DNA from: Octopus sinensis
Lineage: Eukaryota
Direction of reading: 5' to 3'
DNA: 64,000 bases
NCBI RefSeq assembly: GCF_006345805.1
Contig: NC_043013.1
Span: 35,464,001-35,528,000, forward strand
In this document: positions 1-11,533 of the stretch, piece by piece
Position numbering within the stretch: the stretch's first letter is position 1
Layout of the letters: each line of letters opens with the position of its first letter
Program-made: the position numbers and the translations under genes
Notes under the pieces: model-generated
Seen by the model: only the letters and a program-made list of their open reading frames with translations
The model's database searches: none
Told to the model about the DNA's origin: nothing

Positions 1-1438
1 CCACTCACTCACACATACCTATAATGAAAACCAAACCAACTGTAGTTTCTTTTGTTGCTCATTATAAGGTTGCTGTATGTTCATGCAGTTATTGTTATCA
101 ACATTTGATGGTGGAGGGGTTTAGTTGTTGTTCTTTCTTTCTTTCTTCTTTTTTTTTATACTTATTTTTGGTTCTTTATAAAAAGTTATTTATGGTCATT
201 CATTGTTTCTGAAAGGTCCACTGGTCAAATATTCTCACATATGCAACGCAACGTATGCGCCATGCAGCACACAGATGCAAAAAACATAATATCAGAGTTT
301 CTGAAATGACATAAGAACAATAGGCGAACACTTAATGAGAAACTTGGCCCCAAAATAAGCAATATGACAAATAGCATTGTTGCATTTTCTTATTAACAAA
401 AAAAAAAAGACCAAAAACAAAAATATAAAACCCAAACAACAGCCATGAATGAACAACAAATGAAATAACTGCTGAACAAGCTTTCTGGCCATTGTTGTTT
501 GAGGTGAGTGAGGAGGGATTATTTTTATCATAGACTGTAACTTGTAACTTATTATTACATAGTCGTTCCACTATTTTGGTTATGACATCCTATATACGCG
601 TGTATAAGCAAAATATGTTTGGATAAATATTTTTGTGTTTTAGCATATTGGCTCTATGTGTGCATGTAATATAATTCCCTTATTATACATCTCCCTTAAC
701 AATATAGATATATTTATTTTGTGGGATGGTTTGCTTTGCTATTTCCTCTTTTTCAATTGCCATACCAAAAGTGGTATTATTTTGTTGGGCATTATGCCTA
801 TGAGACAAAAAAAAAAAATCCCTGGTTTTGTTCCAATAGAATACTTAGTAATATTTTTGTTTTTCTATTTAGACAGCAATGCATGGTTTTCTCAAGATTT
901 CCTGAAACAGCATAAAAATAGCATAGCATCAGCTTTGAAGATTTATTCCATAAAAGATGAAACCATTTATTATATTTAATTGTTTTAAATACAATCTAGA
1001 TCTCAGATTTTGGGGATTTTTTTTTTTTTGTTTATGTGACAAAAAATAATGTATTTGTTGGTGGGCTTACATGATACTCACCGCCATTTCACTAACTGTA
1101 TTAAATAGAAGTTCTTAACATACTTACATATTTAAATCTAACTAAAATCTGACAAAAATGCTTAACAGAGCTAAAGGAGAAGAGAACCTGTCTGTTAGAA
1201 TAAGTTATGGTAATGGCTGCGTGGTAAGTAGCTTGCTTACCAACCACATGGTTCTGGGTTCAGCCCCACTGCATGGCACCTTGGGCAAGTGTCTTCTACT
1301 ATAGCCTCAGGCTGACTAAAGCTTTGTGAGTGGATTTGCTTGACAGAAACTGAAAGAAGCCCATCATATATATATATATATATATATATGTGAATTGAAG
1401 AAATGGAGCTGAACGCAGATTGAACAGAAATCGTTTTA

Positions 1439-1526
1439 TTTCATTCTACACGTGTTTCGAAAGGCACAATTACCAAAATCCGATTGAATAATGGGACCAT
1501 ATTGTGTCTTTCTCTTCAGGAAGAAA
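1439..1526 (-). ncRNA. Minimal type I hammerhead ribozyme in the PLE 3' region
   Basis: Minus strand reads uuucuuc-CUGAAGA-gaaagacacaau(loop)auugugccuuuc-GAAAC-acgu-GUA^gaaugaaa. It has a canonical core, an 11/12-bp stem II, a 2-bp stem III with a palindromic loop, and a 7-bp stem I with one bulge. Predicted cleavage is between 1447 and 1446. Confidence 0.85.
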
Positions 1527-2126
1527 AAGGAAATCCGTTGGAAAAACAAAAACAGAACAGAGGCGGAGCAAAAAACAAATCGAACTGTGCTCCTAAGAGC
1601 CCATGGCGAAACTGTTTATCAGTGTATGTTGAGAACCGGTGGCTGAAGAATTCACGGGTCAGGCATCGGTCAATCATGTGGGTGAGGGTGTATAGATGTT
1701 CTTTGTGACCGAGAATAAAGTTCTGACTATTTAAAGAATATTGGATGTTTTATATGTGGCGAGAAAAAATCTACTTAGAGACGTGTGTGTGTGTATACTG
1801 TTCTATATATGTGTGTGTTGGCGTAGGGGTAGAAAACATTTTTTGTGTACGTGTGTGCGTTTGATCGTTCGGCTGTCAGGGCTACTGCCGTGATAACCGT
1901 TGGGTGGCAGAAGAAAAAAATAAAAAAATTATAATATATATTATGTTTTATGTGTGTGTGTGTTCATCTAAGCCTACCTTGTCAAGGACCCCCCGCTGTG
2001 AAAAAACCAAGCCCCGTTTGTCTTACAGGAGTAATTCCCCTTGCAGTGGTCAATCGTAGATATCTTAAAGGCTATTTCAGAATTTGTTACCAAGGGCTAT
2101 GGGTGCCGGTATTATTTATAAAAACG

Positions 2127-2885
2127 CTATTTAAAGGCCAGATAAGTGTAACGCCGCCAATGGGGGCATCGAAAAGCCGACTGTAAGAGCCCGTTTACCA
2201 TCCGGCCTCTGGCAAACAAAATATGGAAGAGTTCGGAGACACAAAGGTTGCACTGTCTTCTGCCCCTATCAAATGGGAGGGCCACCGACAAAATTGACCA
2301 TTCCAGCCTATAGCTTAAGTTCGCATCCTTCAGTCGCCATATTAGCTTACTGAGTCCCATGGTCTGGCGCTTGTTCACGTCCCGAAAAGTTGCGTAATGG
2401 TTGGAGACACGCAAAGACAATCTTGAGGATGATGCCCCTACATAAGTGAAGGCATCTGAGTCCGTGTAAACCTTGCATTGGTAGACGGCGTTTTTGATCT
2501 TGGAGTTTGCCGACGTGAATCTTAATCTGCTAGGATTGGTTTCTGAAATTAGAACTGCGTTCCTGTCACTATATTCGTTCCGAGACCTGCAGCCGCTTAC
2601 TACTCTATTTTCCACTACGTCACTATTAACTATAGGAATAACCCCTGATTCTCCACTATCTATCAGAGTGCTGTCATTGCTACTGCCCGTGGTACTGCTA
2701 TTGCGGGAAATGATGCTGGGGATGCTAATGGGGCTCTCTACCCTACTCCCATTGTTACCGTCAACCACAACACCCCTATTTATAACTATACCCCTAGTGG
2801 GTACTCCCTGGCTGGAGCTGAGATTATGTGTCACTGTACTGGCTCTCATATCATTATTACTACTATAATTATTCCTACTGAGCAT
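2127..2885 (-). CDS. PLE linker + GIY-YIG endonuclease (C-terminal part of the same ORF; frame open from ~2996)
   Basis: AVYQCKV...YVGAS..RLSLRVSNH, LSKLIWRLK, EWSIL, CNLC..E, CPH. Joining RT-frame AFSNTKNLA to this frame's IIASHNNRLL at ~2970 restores the conserved PLE S.T.N...II..HN motif. Stop TAG at 2127-2129. Confidence 0.9.
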   Translation of the reverse strand: MLSRNNYSSNNDMRASTVTHNLSSSQGVPTRGIVINRGVVVDGNNGSRVESPISIPSIISRNSSTTGSSNDSTLIDSGESGVIPIVNSDVVENRVVSGCRSRNEYSDRNAVLISETNPSRLRFTSANSKIKNAVYQCKVYTDSDAFTYVGASSSRLSLRVSNHYATFRDVNKRQTMGLSKLIWRLKDANLSYRLEWSILSVALPFDRGRRQCNLCVSELFHILFARGRMVNGLLQSAFRCPHWRRYTYLAFK

Positions 2886-2952
2886 TAAACCGGGAGCGGA
2901 AGAGGCTGTGCCTCCGGAAAAAGGTGATAGGGTCTTAGTAAGTAGCCTATTA

Positions 2953-4569
2953 TTATGGGAGGCGATTATGGGCGAGGTTTTTAGTGTTGGAGAAAGCTAT
3001 CCTAACTTTATGTGAGTTAACCGTGGAGTAATATTTGGAATTTCTGGGGAAGTTATTGGCGATGGCTTGTCTAAACATGAGGGGGAGGTTAGTTCTAATC
3101 TGCTTACCAAAGGGGATTACAAACCATATATGCTTATTCCTATCAGTGTGATGGGTCGGGACGCCAGCTCTCACATTCGGGTGGGTGATTCTCGGATGAA
3201 TAACGGGTCTTGGGTTAGTGTAAGACCTCCCGGACCGATAATTATCCTTGTTCGCTAAATTAAATGCGGGAGCGACTACCCCGGCATCCGCCGCGCTCCC
3301 GTCCTTACTTAAAATGTTAATGTTATTATATACGGCCCTATCCTGATGACCGAATGATGGCATCGGAAGGGCCGGATCAATATAAATTACCTTCTGCCTA
3401 TAACCGGCCTTGGATAGTGCGGCGTTATAAAATTCCGCTTTCTGCATAAAAATATCGGCACTGGCGGACAAGCCAGACAATCTTAGAGAGATGTTTTTAA
3501 CCAAATTGTCTGTTACGGTTTTGGCATGATTTGAGAAGACACTGACATACTTCAAATTAGTGGAAGGCTTATGGTAAGGGCAGTATGAGTCGCTATTAAG
3601 GTTAAGTGTAACGTCTAGGAAATTAGCCTTGGTGAGTTCATTATCAAAAACTATACTCATGCCCATTCTATTAAAAAACCTAGCTAACCTGCTCTTAGTT
3701 TTCTGCACTATTCTGTTCGTGGTGTTTTGCAGGTAAAACAGACAATCGTCACGATACAGGCCGCCCGCGATCTCCGGGAATTGATCGGACAATTCGTAGA
3801 GAATATATATTCCGACCATATCGGCTATCTGCACACTATCCGAACTACCCATAGGCACATCAAATTCATTGGGAGTATCTTTACGGATCCACAACTTATT
3901 ATCAAACTTAATAAACGATTTCCTGGCAACTAAAATGATATCTATCTCTTCTCTGGTGAGGCCAGCCTTGTTGTGAGCATGCCAGAGGGCCTTATTTAGC
4001 ACACTAGGGTTAATCGAGGGGTAGAAGCTGGCGATATCAAACTGAATGAACCTAGTACGGTTCTTATTGGGGATGGAAGAGAACCACTTCACTACCTGCG
4101 AGGAGTTGGCCCAGAGGCTGAGCTTCAGCTTGTTTACTAAACTAGGGATATATTTATCTAAAATGTACTTACTGATTATCCCGATATCAGATCTAGCAGG
4201 GCATATGAGTCTTAGCGCTGGGTTGGTGTGGAAGTTAGGTTTATGGTCCTTCACTATAAATCTGGGTTGCTTGGGGCTAAGCGGCTGAGTTCTCATTTGA
4301 ATTCGGTGTTTAAATATTATATCCTTAATTTCCAAGTTTACCTTCCTCAGGGTACTCCAATTGGTTTTTCTATAATTTTTCTTGATCTCTTTACCGAGTA
4401 AATCTAGGTACTGCTTAATGGGCATCTTGTAGTGTTTCCTGGTCTTGTCGGACTGGACCAGGACTCCGTCCGTTCTATTAATGTCCTTGGTAATTTTATC
4501 TAGGTATCTGAGGTGGGCATTTCTCCTGGGTGACTTCCTGAACTTAATCTTTCTAACTATGTCCCACAA
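2953..4569 (-). CDS. PLE reverse transcriptase (N-terminal part of a frameshifted single ORF)
   Basis: Motifs DHKPNF..NPALRLICP, FIQFDIASFYPSI, MGSSDSVQIAD, GLYRDD, NFLDVTLNL, PYHKP..LKYV, IWF..PF. The frame is open from 4581 (FEDDLWDIVRKIKFR); the listed start at 4569 is TTG, not ATG, consistent with 5' truncation. Confidence 0.93.
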   Translation of the reverse strand: MWDIVRKIKFRKSPRRNAHLRYLDKITKDINRTDGVLVQSDKTRKHYKMPIKQYLDLLGKEIKKNYRKTNWSTLRKVNLEIKDIIFKHRIQMRTQPLSPKQPRFIVKDHKPNFHTNPALRLICPARSDIGIISKYILDKYIPSLVNKLKLSLWANSSQVVKWFSSIPNKNRTRFIQFDIASFYPSINPSVLNKALWHAHNKAGLTREEIDIILVARKSFIKFDNKLWIRKDTPNEFDVPMGSSDSVQIADMVGIYILYELSDQFPEIAGGLYRDDCLFYLQNTTNRIVQKTKSRLARFFNRMGMSIVFDNELTKANFLDVTLNLNSDSYCPYHKPSTNLKYVSVFSNHAKTVTDNLVKNISLRLSGLSASADIFMQKAEFYNAALSKAGYRQKVIYIDPALPMPSFGHQDRAVYNNINILSKDGSAADAGVVAPAFNLANKDNYRSGRSYTNPRPVIHPRITHPNVRAGVPTHHTDRNKHIWFVIPFGKQIRTNLPLMFRQAIANNFPRNSKYYSTVNSHKVRIAFSNTKNLAHNRLP

Positions 4570-4641
4570 GTCGTCCTCAAACTAAGGTATCGGTTAAACT
4601 GTTGATTAATCTACTACAAGATTATTCATATATTTCACATA

Positions 4642-4672
<31 letters not shown>

Positions 4673-7008
4673 ATGTATGTATATATATGTGTGTGTGTAT
4701 GTATGTATATATATGTATGTGTGTGTATATGTTTGTGTGTCTGTGTTTGTTCCCCCAACATCGCTTGACAACCAATGCTGGTGTGTTTACTTAGTATAAC
4801 TTAGTATAACTGTAACTTAGTAGTTTGGCAAAAGAGACATATAGAATAAATACTAGGCTTACAAAGAATAAGTCCTGGGGTCAATTTTGTTCGATTGAAG
4901 GTGCTGCTCCAGCATGGCTGCAGTCAAATGACTGAAACAATAAAAGAGTGAACTAGTAAACATAGAAACCAGCTTAGACATTCAATGTAGTTAAAGCTTC
5001 AGTAATGATGATCTTTTCTACCAGAGGCACAAGGTCTGAAATTTTTGGGGAAGACAATTACATCAACCCCAGTGTTCAACTGGTACCTAATTTAATGACC
5101 CCTAAAGGGATAAGAAGCAAAGTTGATCTTGGTGGTATTCAAACTCAGAACACAAAACCAGAAAAAATGTCACTAATGATTCTGCCAATTCATACCTTAA
5201 TTTCAGTAATGATAAAATAATTTTTAAGCAATTAATATTGCAATGTTCTGGAATAAGCAAATTCCGCTAAGGTCAACTTTGCCTTTCAGCCTTTCGGGAT
5301 CGACAAATTAAGTACCAGTTGCATACTGGGGTCGATTTAATCGACTAGCCACCTCTCCAAGAATTTCAGGCCTGGTACCTATAGTAGAAAAGAATATCCT
5401 GGAATAAGACAGAATTTGTATCTGTGGCAGTTAGTTTTCCATAGTACTATTAGCCTGCTAATATTGTATATAAGCAGCCATGTTTGTCATAAAAATCATG
5501 TGCCATATATATCGTCAAACATTGGCCATTTTGTCACTCAACTTTGCTAAACTACTAATCAACGAACAGCATAGCATGGGGCTAAGCAGTTCTGTGCACA
5601 AACCAAATTAGCTACCTCTTTCTTTTAACGAACATACCTTCAATTGCAACAAACACATATATAAAGTGGCTGCTTTATGCAGCTCATACATCCTGCAGTC
5701 TTCATACAATATCACTGCTACTTATGCATTGTAAGGTGTCCTAGGTTTCCACAAACTGTGAGTATAAGCATGTGAAAATAATAATAAACTTAATAATATT
5801 GGAGATGTACTTGCATAGCAAGTGATTTGATCTGAGATCGTGCGCTGGAACGAAAACAATTGCAGCATGGAAGGTGTTTGTAAACCATTTAAGAAACACA
5901 TAAAAGCCGTTCGATTCACTTCAACATTTAAGTTTAATTTGTCAAAATATTTTCGTCGCTATAAGACCGCGACCTGTTCACTGACAAAAATCCATGCTGC
6001 ATCTCATAATATTGTCTGAAACTTTTAGATGTTGACATCATAGAAATTATATTTATTACTTATGTACCTGAAAGATTCAAAGCATAAAAATGAAGTCGGT
6101 ACTGCAGATGAAGTCATCAGATTATGCCCTCAGAGTGCAATATGCAATAAGGCTTCATGACTTTTGGCCAGTTTTTGCAGAGAAGAGAAGAAATTATCTG
6201 AAGTCATTATCAATGACTATGAAGAGATGTTGTGCCACTGATTTTCAGACCAAGTTTCTTATTCAGAGCTGGCAAATACTTACCCAACAACTACAAACCT
6301 TTTATAAAGACAAAAGCAAGATGCACAATATACTGCAGCTGCATCTGGAATTATACTTTTACAACATATAGAAACGTCTGAAATGAAATCCAAAAAAAAT
6401 GCCACCCAAGTGACTGGCATGGCAGCACTTCTCAATACATTCCTCAACAACAGACACACTGTCTCTTCATTTCGCTTTTTTTGCACAACTACAGTGTGGC
6501 TTCTGCTCTATGAAACTAACTGGTCTTGTGTCACTTCTCACTTTATTTGTCTTTCCTCTTATCCTCTTATTTACCATTCTAATCTTCTCACTGAGCTCTA
6601 CATCCAGACCTTCCTTCCAAGAACATCAAGCCCCTAGAATTACCTTCCTGTTCCTGTTTTATCCTGTTGGCATTAACTTGCAATTAATTAAGAGAAACAA
6701 TAACGAATGAAAGGTTCTTCCAAATCCTTAGGTTCTTAAGGCCCAATTCTCAACTATTTTTGCTGTGGCTTGCTGCCAATAAATAAATAGTTGAGGGCCT
6801 AGTGCACTGAGTAGTTGCCCAGAGGCCCCATACAGGGCTGGATTAAGACCCATCAAGGCCCTAAGCACTTAAAAGTTTTTGGTGCCCCCATAAAAGATTA
6901 TGTAATTCAAAATATAAACAACAACAAACTATGAAATAAATTTTTATTTTTCAAAACGAAACAAAACAGTGAGAGGAAAAATAATGTTTATTTTTGTATA
7001 CTTCCACT

Positions 7009-7352
7009 TTATTACCTCCACCTTAGCGAAGGTTTTCAGTTGTGTTTGTTTGTCCATAGACAAGATATTTCAAGAATTGCTGGATGGATTAAGATGAAAC
7101 TTTCAGGGATGTTTTGACCTCGTGACTAGCATGAACTGATTAGATTTTGGGATCGATCTGGTCCCAGACAAGGATTCTGGATTATTTTTCCTGTTTTTTC
7201 ATTTAATGTTAGTTCATTTTTAGTATTCTCGTTTGTGAGAGCAGTCGTGTATATTTCAGATATTCCCATTTAAAAAATCCTCTCTGGATAATCGTTGAGA
7301 GGACGCTGGTGTTGCCTTGGTGGAGATTTGCACACTCTGAGTGCTCTTGGTT
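7009..7352 (+). mobile_element. Probable non-autonomous Helentron/HINE-like element inserted at TT
   Basis: Termini ttattacctccacc..gtttgtttgtcc and ggagatttgcacactctgagtgctcttggtt, with internal gattagattttgggatcgatc, resemble this family (recalled pattern). Confidence 0.45.
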
Positions 7353-7470
7353 ATATTTGAAAAGTTTCCTCCTACTTTTTTGAATTGCAAAGTCTTTGAT
7401 CAGATCTTCAAAATTAATCTTAAGTAACACATGTGCATCTATACTAAGTAGAGATAAAGTGATCCCGAAT
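7345..7470 (-). pseudogene. hAT transposase C-terminal (dimerisation domain) remnant; GC-rich hAT-like terminal remnants at ~6834-6900 and ~7590-7740
   Basis: TLSLLSIDAHVLLKINFEDLIKDFAIQKSRRK resembles the hAT LS.LSIE...I.F..I..FA..K.R ending. Confidence 0.65.
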
Positions 7471-7906
7471 ATTATTTTAGCAAGTTTAAAATGATTTCTT
7501 TTGTACTGTAAACCATTTACTATTTATGTAGTGCCCTTTCCTTCCCTTGATGTCCTAAGCACATGCTTATTTTGCTTAATGGTTAATTCAGCACTGGCCC
7601 CATAGGTTTAAGGGCCCAATACTGATTTATGCATGCCACAGCTTGCAGTCAATAAACAAGTACTAAAGGGCCCTGGGCACTGATTTGTGCAGAGGTCTAC
7701 AATACTATGATACTGCGAAGACAGTCCTGGTCAAGCACACAGCTGATGCTCCTCAGATTTTTGGCATTAAGGGACTTTATATTCTTCTGCCACAGAAACT
7801 TATATTATGAAATAATATACTGCAGACTATTCAAGTGAAAACTATGTCATTAAATAACCAAACAAAGAGCTTTGTATCTATCTGATAAACAAAGTGATTC
7901 TAATTA

Positions 7907-8116
7907 CTCTTTTACTTGTTTCAGTCATTTGACTGTGGCCATGCTGGAGCACCGCCTGTAGTGGGAGCAAATCGATCCCAGAACTTATTCTTTGTAAGCC
8001 TAGTACTTATTCTTTCGGTCTCTTTTGCTGAACCACTAAGTTACTGGGACATAAACACACCAGCATTGGTTGTCAAGCAATGTTGGGGAGACAAACACAG
8101 ACACACAAACATATAC

Positions 8117-8170
<54 letters not shown>

Positions 8171-8321
8171 CGGGCTTCTTTCAGTTTCCGTCTGCCAACT
8201 CCACTCACAAGGCTTTGGTCGGCCCAAGACTATAGCAGAAGACACTTGCCTAAGGTGCCACGCAGTGGGATTGAAACCGGAACCATGTGGCTGGTAAGCA
8301 AGCTACTTACCACACAGCCAC
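7907..8321 (-). mobile_element. SINE family A, full length with internal microsatellite
   Basis: Reverse complement of head + TA/CA tract + tail. Confidence 0.88.
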
Positions 8322-9440
8322 AAATTTTCTCAATAATAGATTTCTAAACTCATACAGTCTTCTACAAAAATATGACATCTTTCAGTGATATTGAAGAAAC
8401 TGTTTTACCAATACTTTCAGGAATATACCAAAGTAAACTACTTCAATTCAGAGATTATTGCATAGAGTTCTGCTTAGTTTGAATGCTTAGTTTTATACCA
8501 AATTCATCAATCTTTGACTGATAAATAAGCTTTATTCAGAATTTAACATTGTCTATTTAAAAATTCAAATAAAATAAAAACAAACAACATGAAAACATTT
8601 GCCAAGTTTTACAGGTGAATTTAATCATTTTCACCTCTTTGAGAATTCATACTAACATTCTGTGTCCTTTAATTGCTATCCATCATTCTATCATTGATTT
8701 GATTATATTCCCATCATCTGTCAAGTATTTCGACCATTCATTTACTTACTTTCACCTATCTGCTACATAATCATCCACTGACTTTCAGATTTAGTGAACC
8801 TTGACTGTTTTGTCAAGTGTTTTCCATCTTTTGCTTCATGTACAGAGAAGTAATTCTGCTCCATTGGCAACACATAACTGATTAAGGTTAACTAATTTCA
8901 CCTTTACAATGATTATTACATCGAGAATAGTTTGAAATTCTTCTTAGTGATTTTCAGATAAACTGAATACCCTGTGAACGTGAATTCAGGTCTTGATTTT
9001 TAATTATAAATATTTGCGTTAAATTTTTAGAATGACCAACTTAAAATGGTAAGAAAATAAAGTGAAATCTAGAATCAACACAAAGATGTTACCATTACCA
9101 GCAATAATTGGAGCTTTGAGGGAAATGTAAGAAGCTGTAAACAATAAAACAAGGTGTTTAACATTTTAAAATACCAGATTTATTCTGCTATCTGCATATA
9201 TGAATGTATGTATGTGTGCGTGCATGTGTATGTGTGTGTGTGTGTTTGTGTGCTTGTGTGTTTGCACGTGTGTGTGTATATATATATATGCATACATGTA
9301 TATATACATGCATATATATATGTATACATACATGTATATATACATATATATCATATATATATATATGTAAGTATGTATGTATGTATGTATATATATATAT
9401 ATATATATATATGAATGTATACATATATATATATACACAA

Positions 9441-9779
9441 CTAGCTTCTTTCAGTTTCCCTCTACCAGATTCACTCGTAAGGTTTTGGTTGGCCTGAAGC
9501 TATAGTAGAAGACACTTTCCCAAGGTGTCACACAGTGGGACTGAACACAGAACCATGTGATCGGGAAGCAAGCTTCTTATCACACAGCCATGCTTGCACC
9601 TATGATGTCATACATACATAGGCACAGGCATGGTTGTGTGGTAAGAAGCTTACTTCCCAACCACATAGTTCTGGGTTCAGTCCCACTGCATGGCACCTTG
9701 GCCAAGTGTCTTCTACTATAGCCTCAGGCCAGCAAAAGCCTTGTGAGTGGATCTGGTAGACAGAAACTGAAAGAAGCCC
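9441..9779. mobile_element. Two SINE family A heads in inverted orientation (9441-9603 minus, 9618-9779 plus)
   Basis: Both match the family A head; they are separated by ~14 bp. Confidence 0.85.
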
Positions 9780-9843
9780 AAAAGTAAACAAATGTAATAT
9801 ATATAAGTAAACAAATATATATAAGAAAACAAATGTAATGTTT

Positions 9844-9882
<39 letters not shown>

Positions 9883-11161
9883 TGTGTGTCTGTATAACAA
9901 ATAGACACAAATAATGGGTTAGATACATTTATTTATTTATTATAGAGTTACAGCTGTTTCAGATATGCATTTGAGTGTGTCCATGGTCCAATTTTATCAA
10001 TAGATCGATTGATTGACTGAAAATATAGGGAACAATCCTCACAATGTTTGTTTGTTTGTGTGTGTGTGTTTGTGTGTGTATTTAATGAATATACTTTCCT
10101 GGCATAACACCCAAAAAAAAAAAAAAATTGGAGAGCAAAAATGTAAAGAAACAGTGATGAAACAAAAGCCATATGATATTGAAAAGATAAAAAAGGAAAC
10201 AAAAAGTTTTCAGAAAAAATCATCAAGTGTGTACATGCGGTTTAATTTATCATGAGTTTAAAACAATAGTTCTCGTTTGTTTTTTATTGTCTATGCTCTC
10301 ATTTAAAGCTATGTTTAAGTACCTGAATCCAACAAATCTCTGAAGCAAACATTTTAACTATCCAAAAATAATGTCTTTCCACTCTATCCAAGCCAAAACA
10401 TTTTGCCATTAATTATCAGAATTACAATTTTTAAGTTTCAATATTACATTATTTTAGAAATAGTGTCAAGAATTCAGAATGTCTTCAGATTCTAAAATAG
10501 AATTATTTTACTGCTCATCATAATTATCTCCCAACTATGAAGGGAATGTATCTCTCACTCTTTCATATTCAGAACTACCAGTTTGAATGTGTCCATTGCC
10601 AATGTTTAAATGTATCAAATCTGTGTATCAAACTTATATATTTTAATTAAAATTATTCGTTAGAAACAGCTCAAGATTAAAATTCTAAATTATATGACAT
10701 GTTTAATGTATGCATATTGTGGGAAGTCAGAAGATGTAGTGGTCACCTTGAGGAAGTATACCTTTGTAGACGTAATTTGTTAAAACACACAATATTCTTC
10801 ATAGCTTGATGAAAACAAAGGTGTCCTGCAAATGACCTCAAGAGTAACAAATGATCATTTCACTGTGACTGCAGCTTGTCAATGCCACACACACGAGCAT
10901 CTTCAGACTGGCTGAAGTTGCCTCAGCCAGTCTGAAGATTATAGAAAAAACTGATGAACAATTCACTGGTTTTAGAAAGAGGCCACAGGATTGAGTAAAA
11001 TTCGAATTATACAGTGGGAGCAGTACTTGACACACCACAAAATTGTGAAGTGTGCATCTATCACTCATACAGTTGCTCTCAGGATTATTTCATTTCATCT
11101 CACTCAGTAGTATAATTTATTAACATGCTATATCAATAAAGGAATCTGTAATATATATATT

Positions 11162-11533
11162 ATAGGCGCAGGTGTGGCTGTGTGGTAAGAAGCTTGCTTC
11201 CATGGTTCTGGGTTCAATCACTCTGTGTGGCACCTTGGGCAAGTGTCTTCTACAATAGCCTCGGGCCGACCAAAGCCTTGTGAGTGGATTTGGGAGATGG
11301 AAACTGAAAGAAGCCTGTCATATATATATATATATATACATCTATCTATCTATCTCTATATGTGTTTGCCCCCACTGCCATCACTTGACAACTGATACTG
11401 ATGTGTTTGGCAAAAAGAGAGTGATAGAATAAGTACTAGGCTTACAAAGAATAAGTTCTGGGTCGATTTCTTCAACTAAAACCCTTTAAGGCAGTGCGGT
11501 CAAATGACTGAAACAAGTAAAAGAATAAAAGAA
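11162..11533 (+). mobile_element. SINE family A, full length
   Basis: ataggcgcaggtgtggctgtgtggtaag..(TA)n..aaacaagtaaaagaataaaaga. Confidence 0.88.

Larger units (their letters stand above)
1391..4640 (-). mobile_element. Penelope-like retroelement (Naiad-type RT + C-terminal GIY-YIG), 5'-truncated, inserted in the (TA)n tract of a SINE
   Basis: RT and GIY-YIG reading frames at 2127-4581, a hammerhead motif at 1439-1526, (TA)n on both flanks, and the two halves of one SINE on either side (1214-1365 and 4735-4948). It is visibly more GC-rich than the flanks. Confidence 0.93.
1214..4948 (+). mobile_element. Octopus-type tRNA-derived SINE (family A) split by the PLE: head 1214-1365, 3' half 4735-4948
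   Basis: Head tggctgcgtggtaagtagcttgcttacc..gaaactgaaagaagccc; tail gtttgttcccccaacatcgcttgacaacc..caaatgactgaaacaataaaagag. The same two halves are contiguous in the copy at 11162-11533. Confidence 0.88.

Noticed and set aside
1214-1300. tRNA genes
   Set aside because: The tRNA-like A/B boxes belong to SINE heads, with no complete cloverleaf.
2494-2868. 124-aa Leu-rich plus-strand ORF, and other small ORFs within 3067-4288
   Set aside because: Antisense shadows of the PLE reading frame.
2127-4581. Selenocysteine recoding of the PLE ORF, as known for some Naiads
   Set aside because: The break is a frameshift followed by TAA TAA TAG; there is no in-frame TGA to recode.
6070-6640. Extended plus-strand coding-like frame with several stops; similar patch at 33650-34030 on the minus strand
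   Set aside because: No recognisable domain motifs; cannot be assigned.
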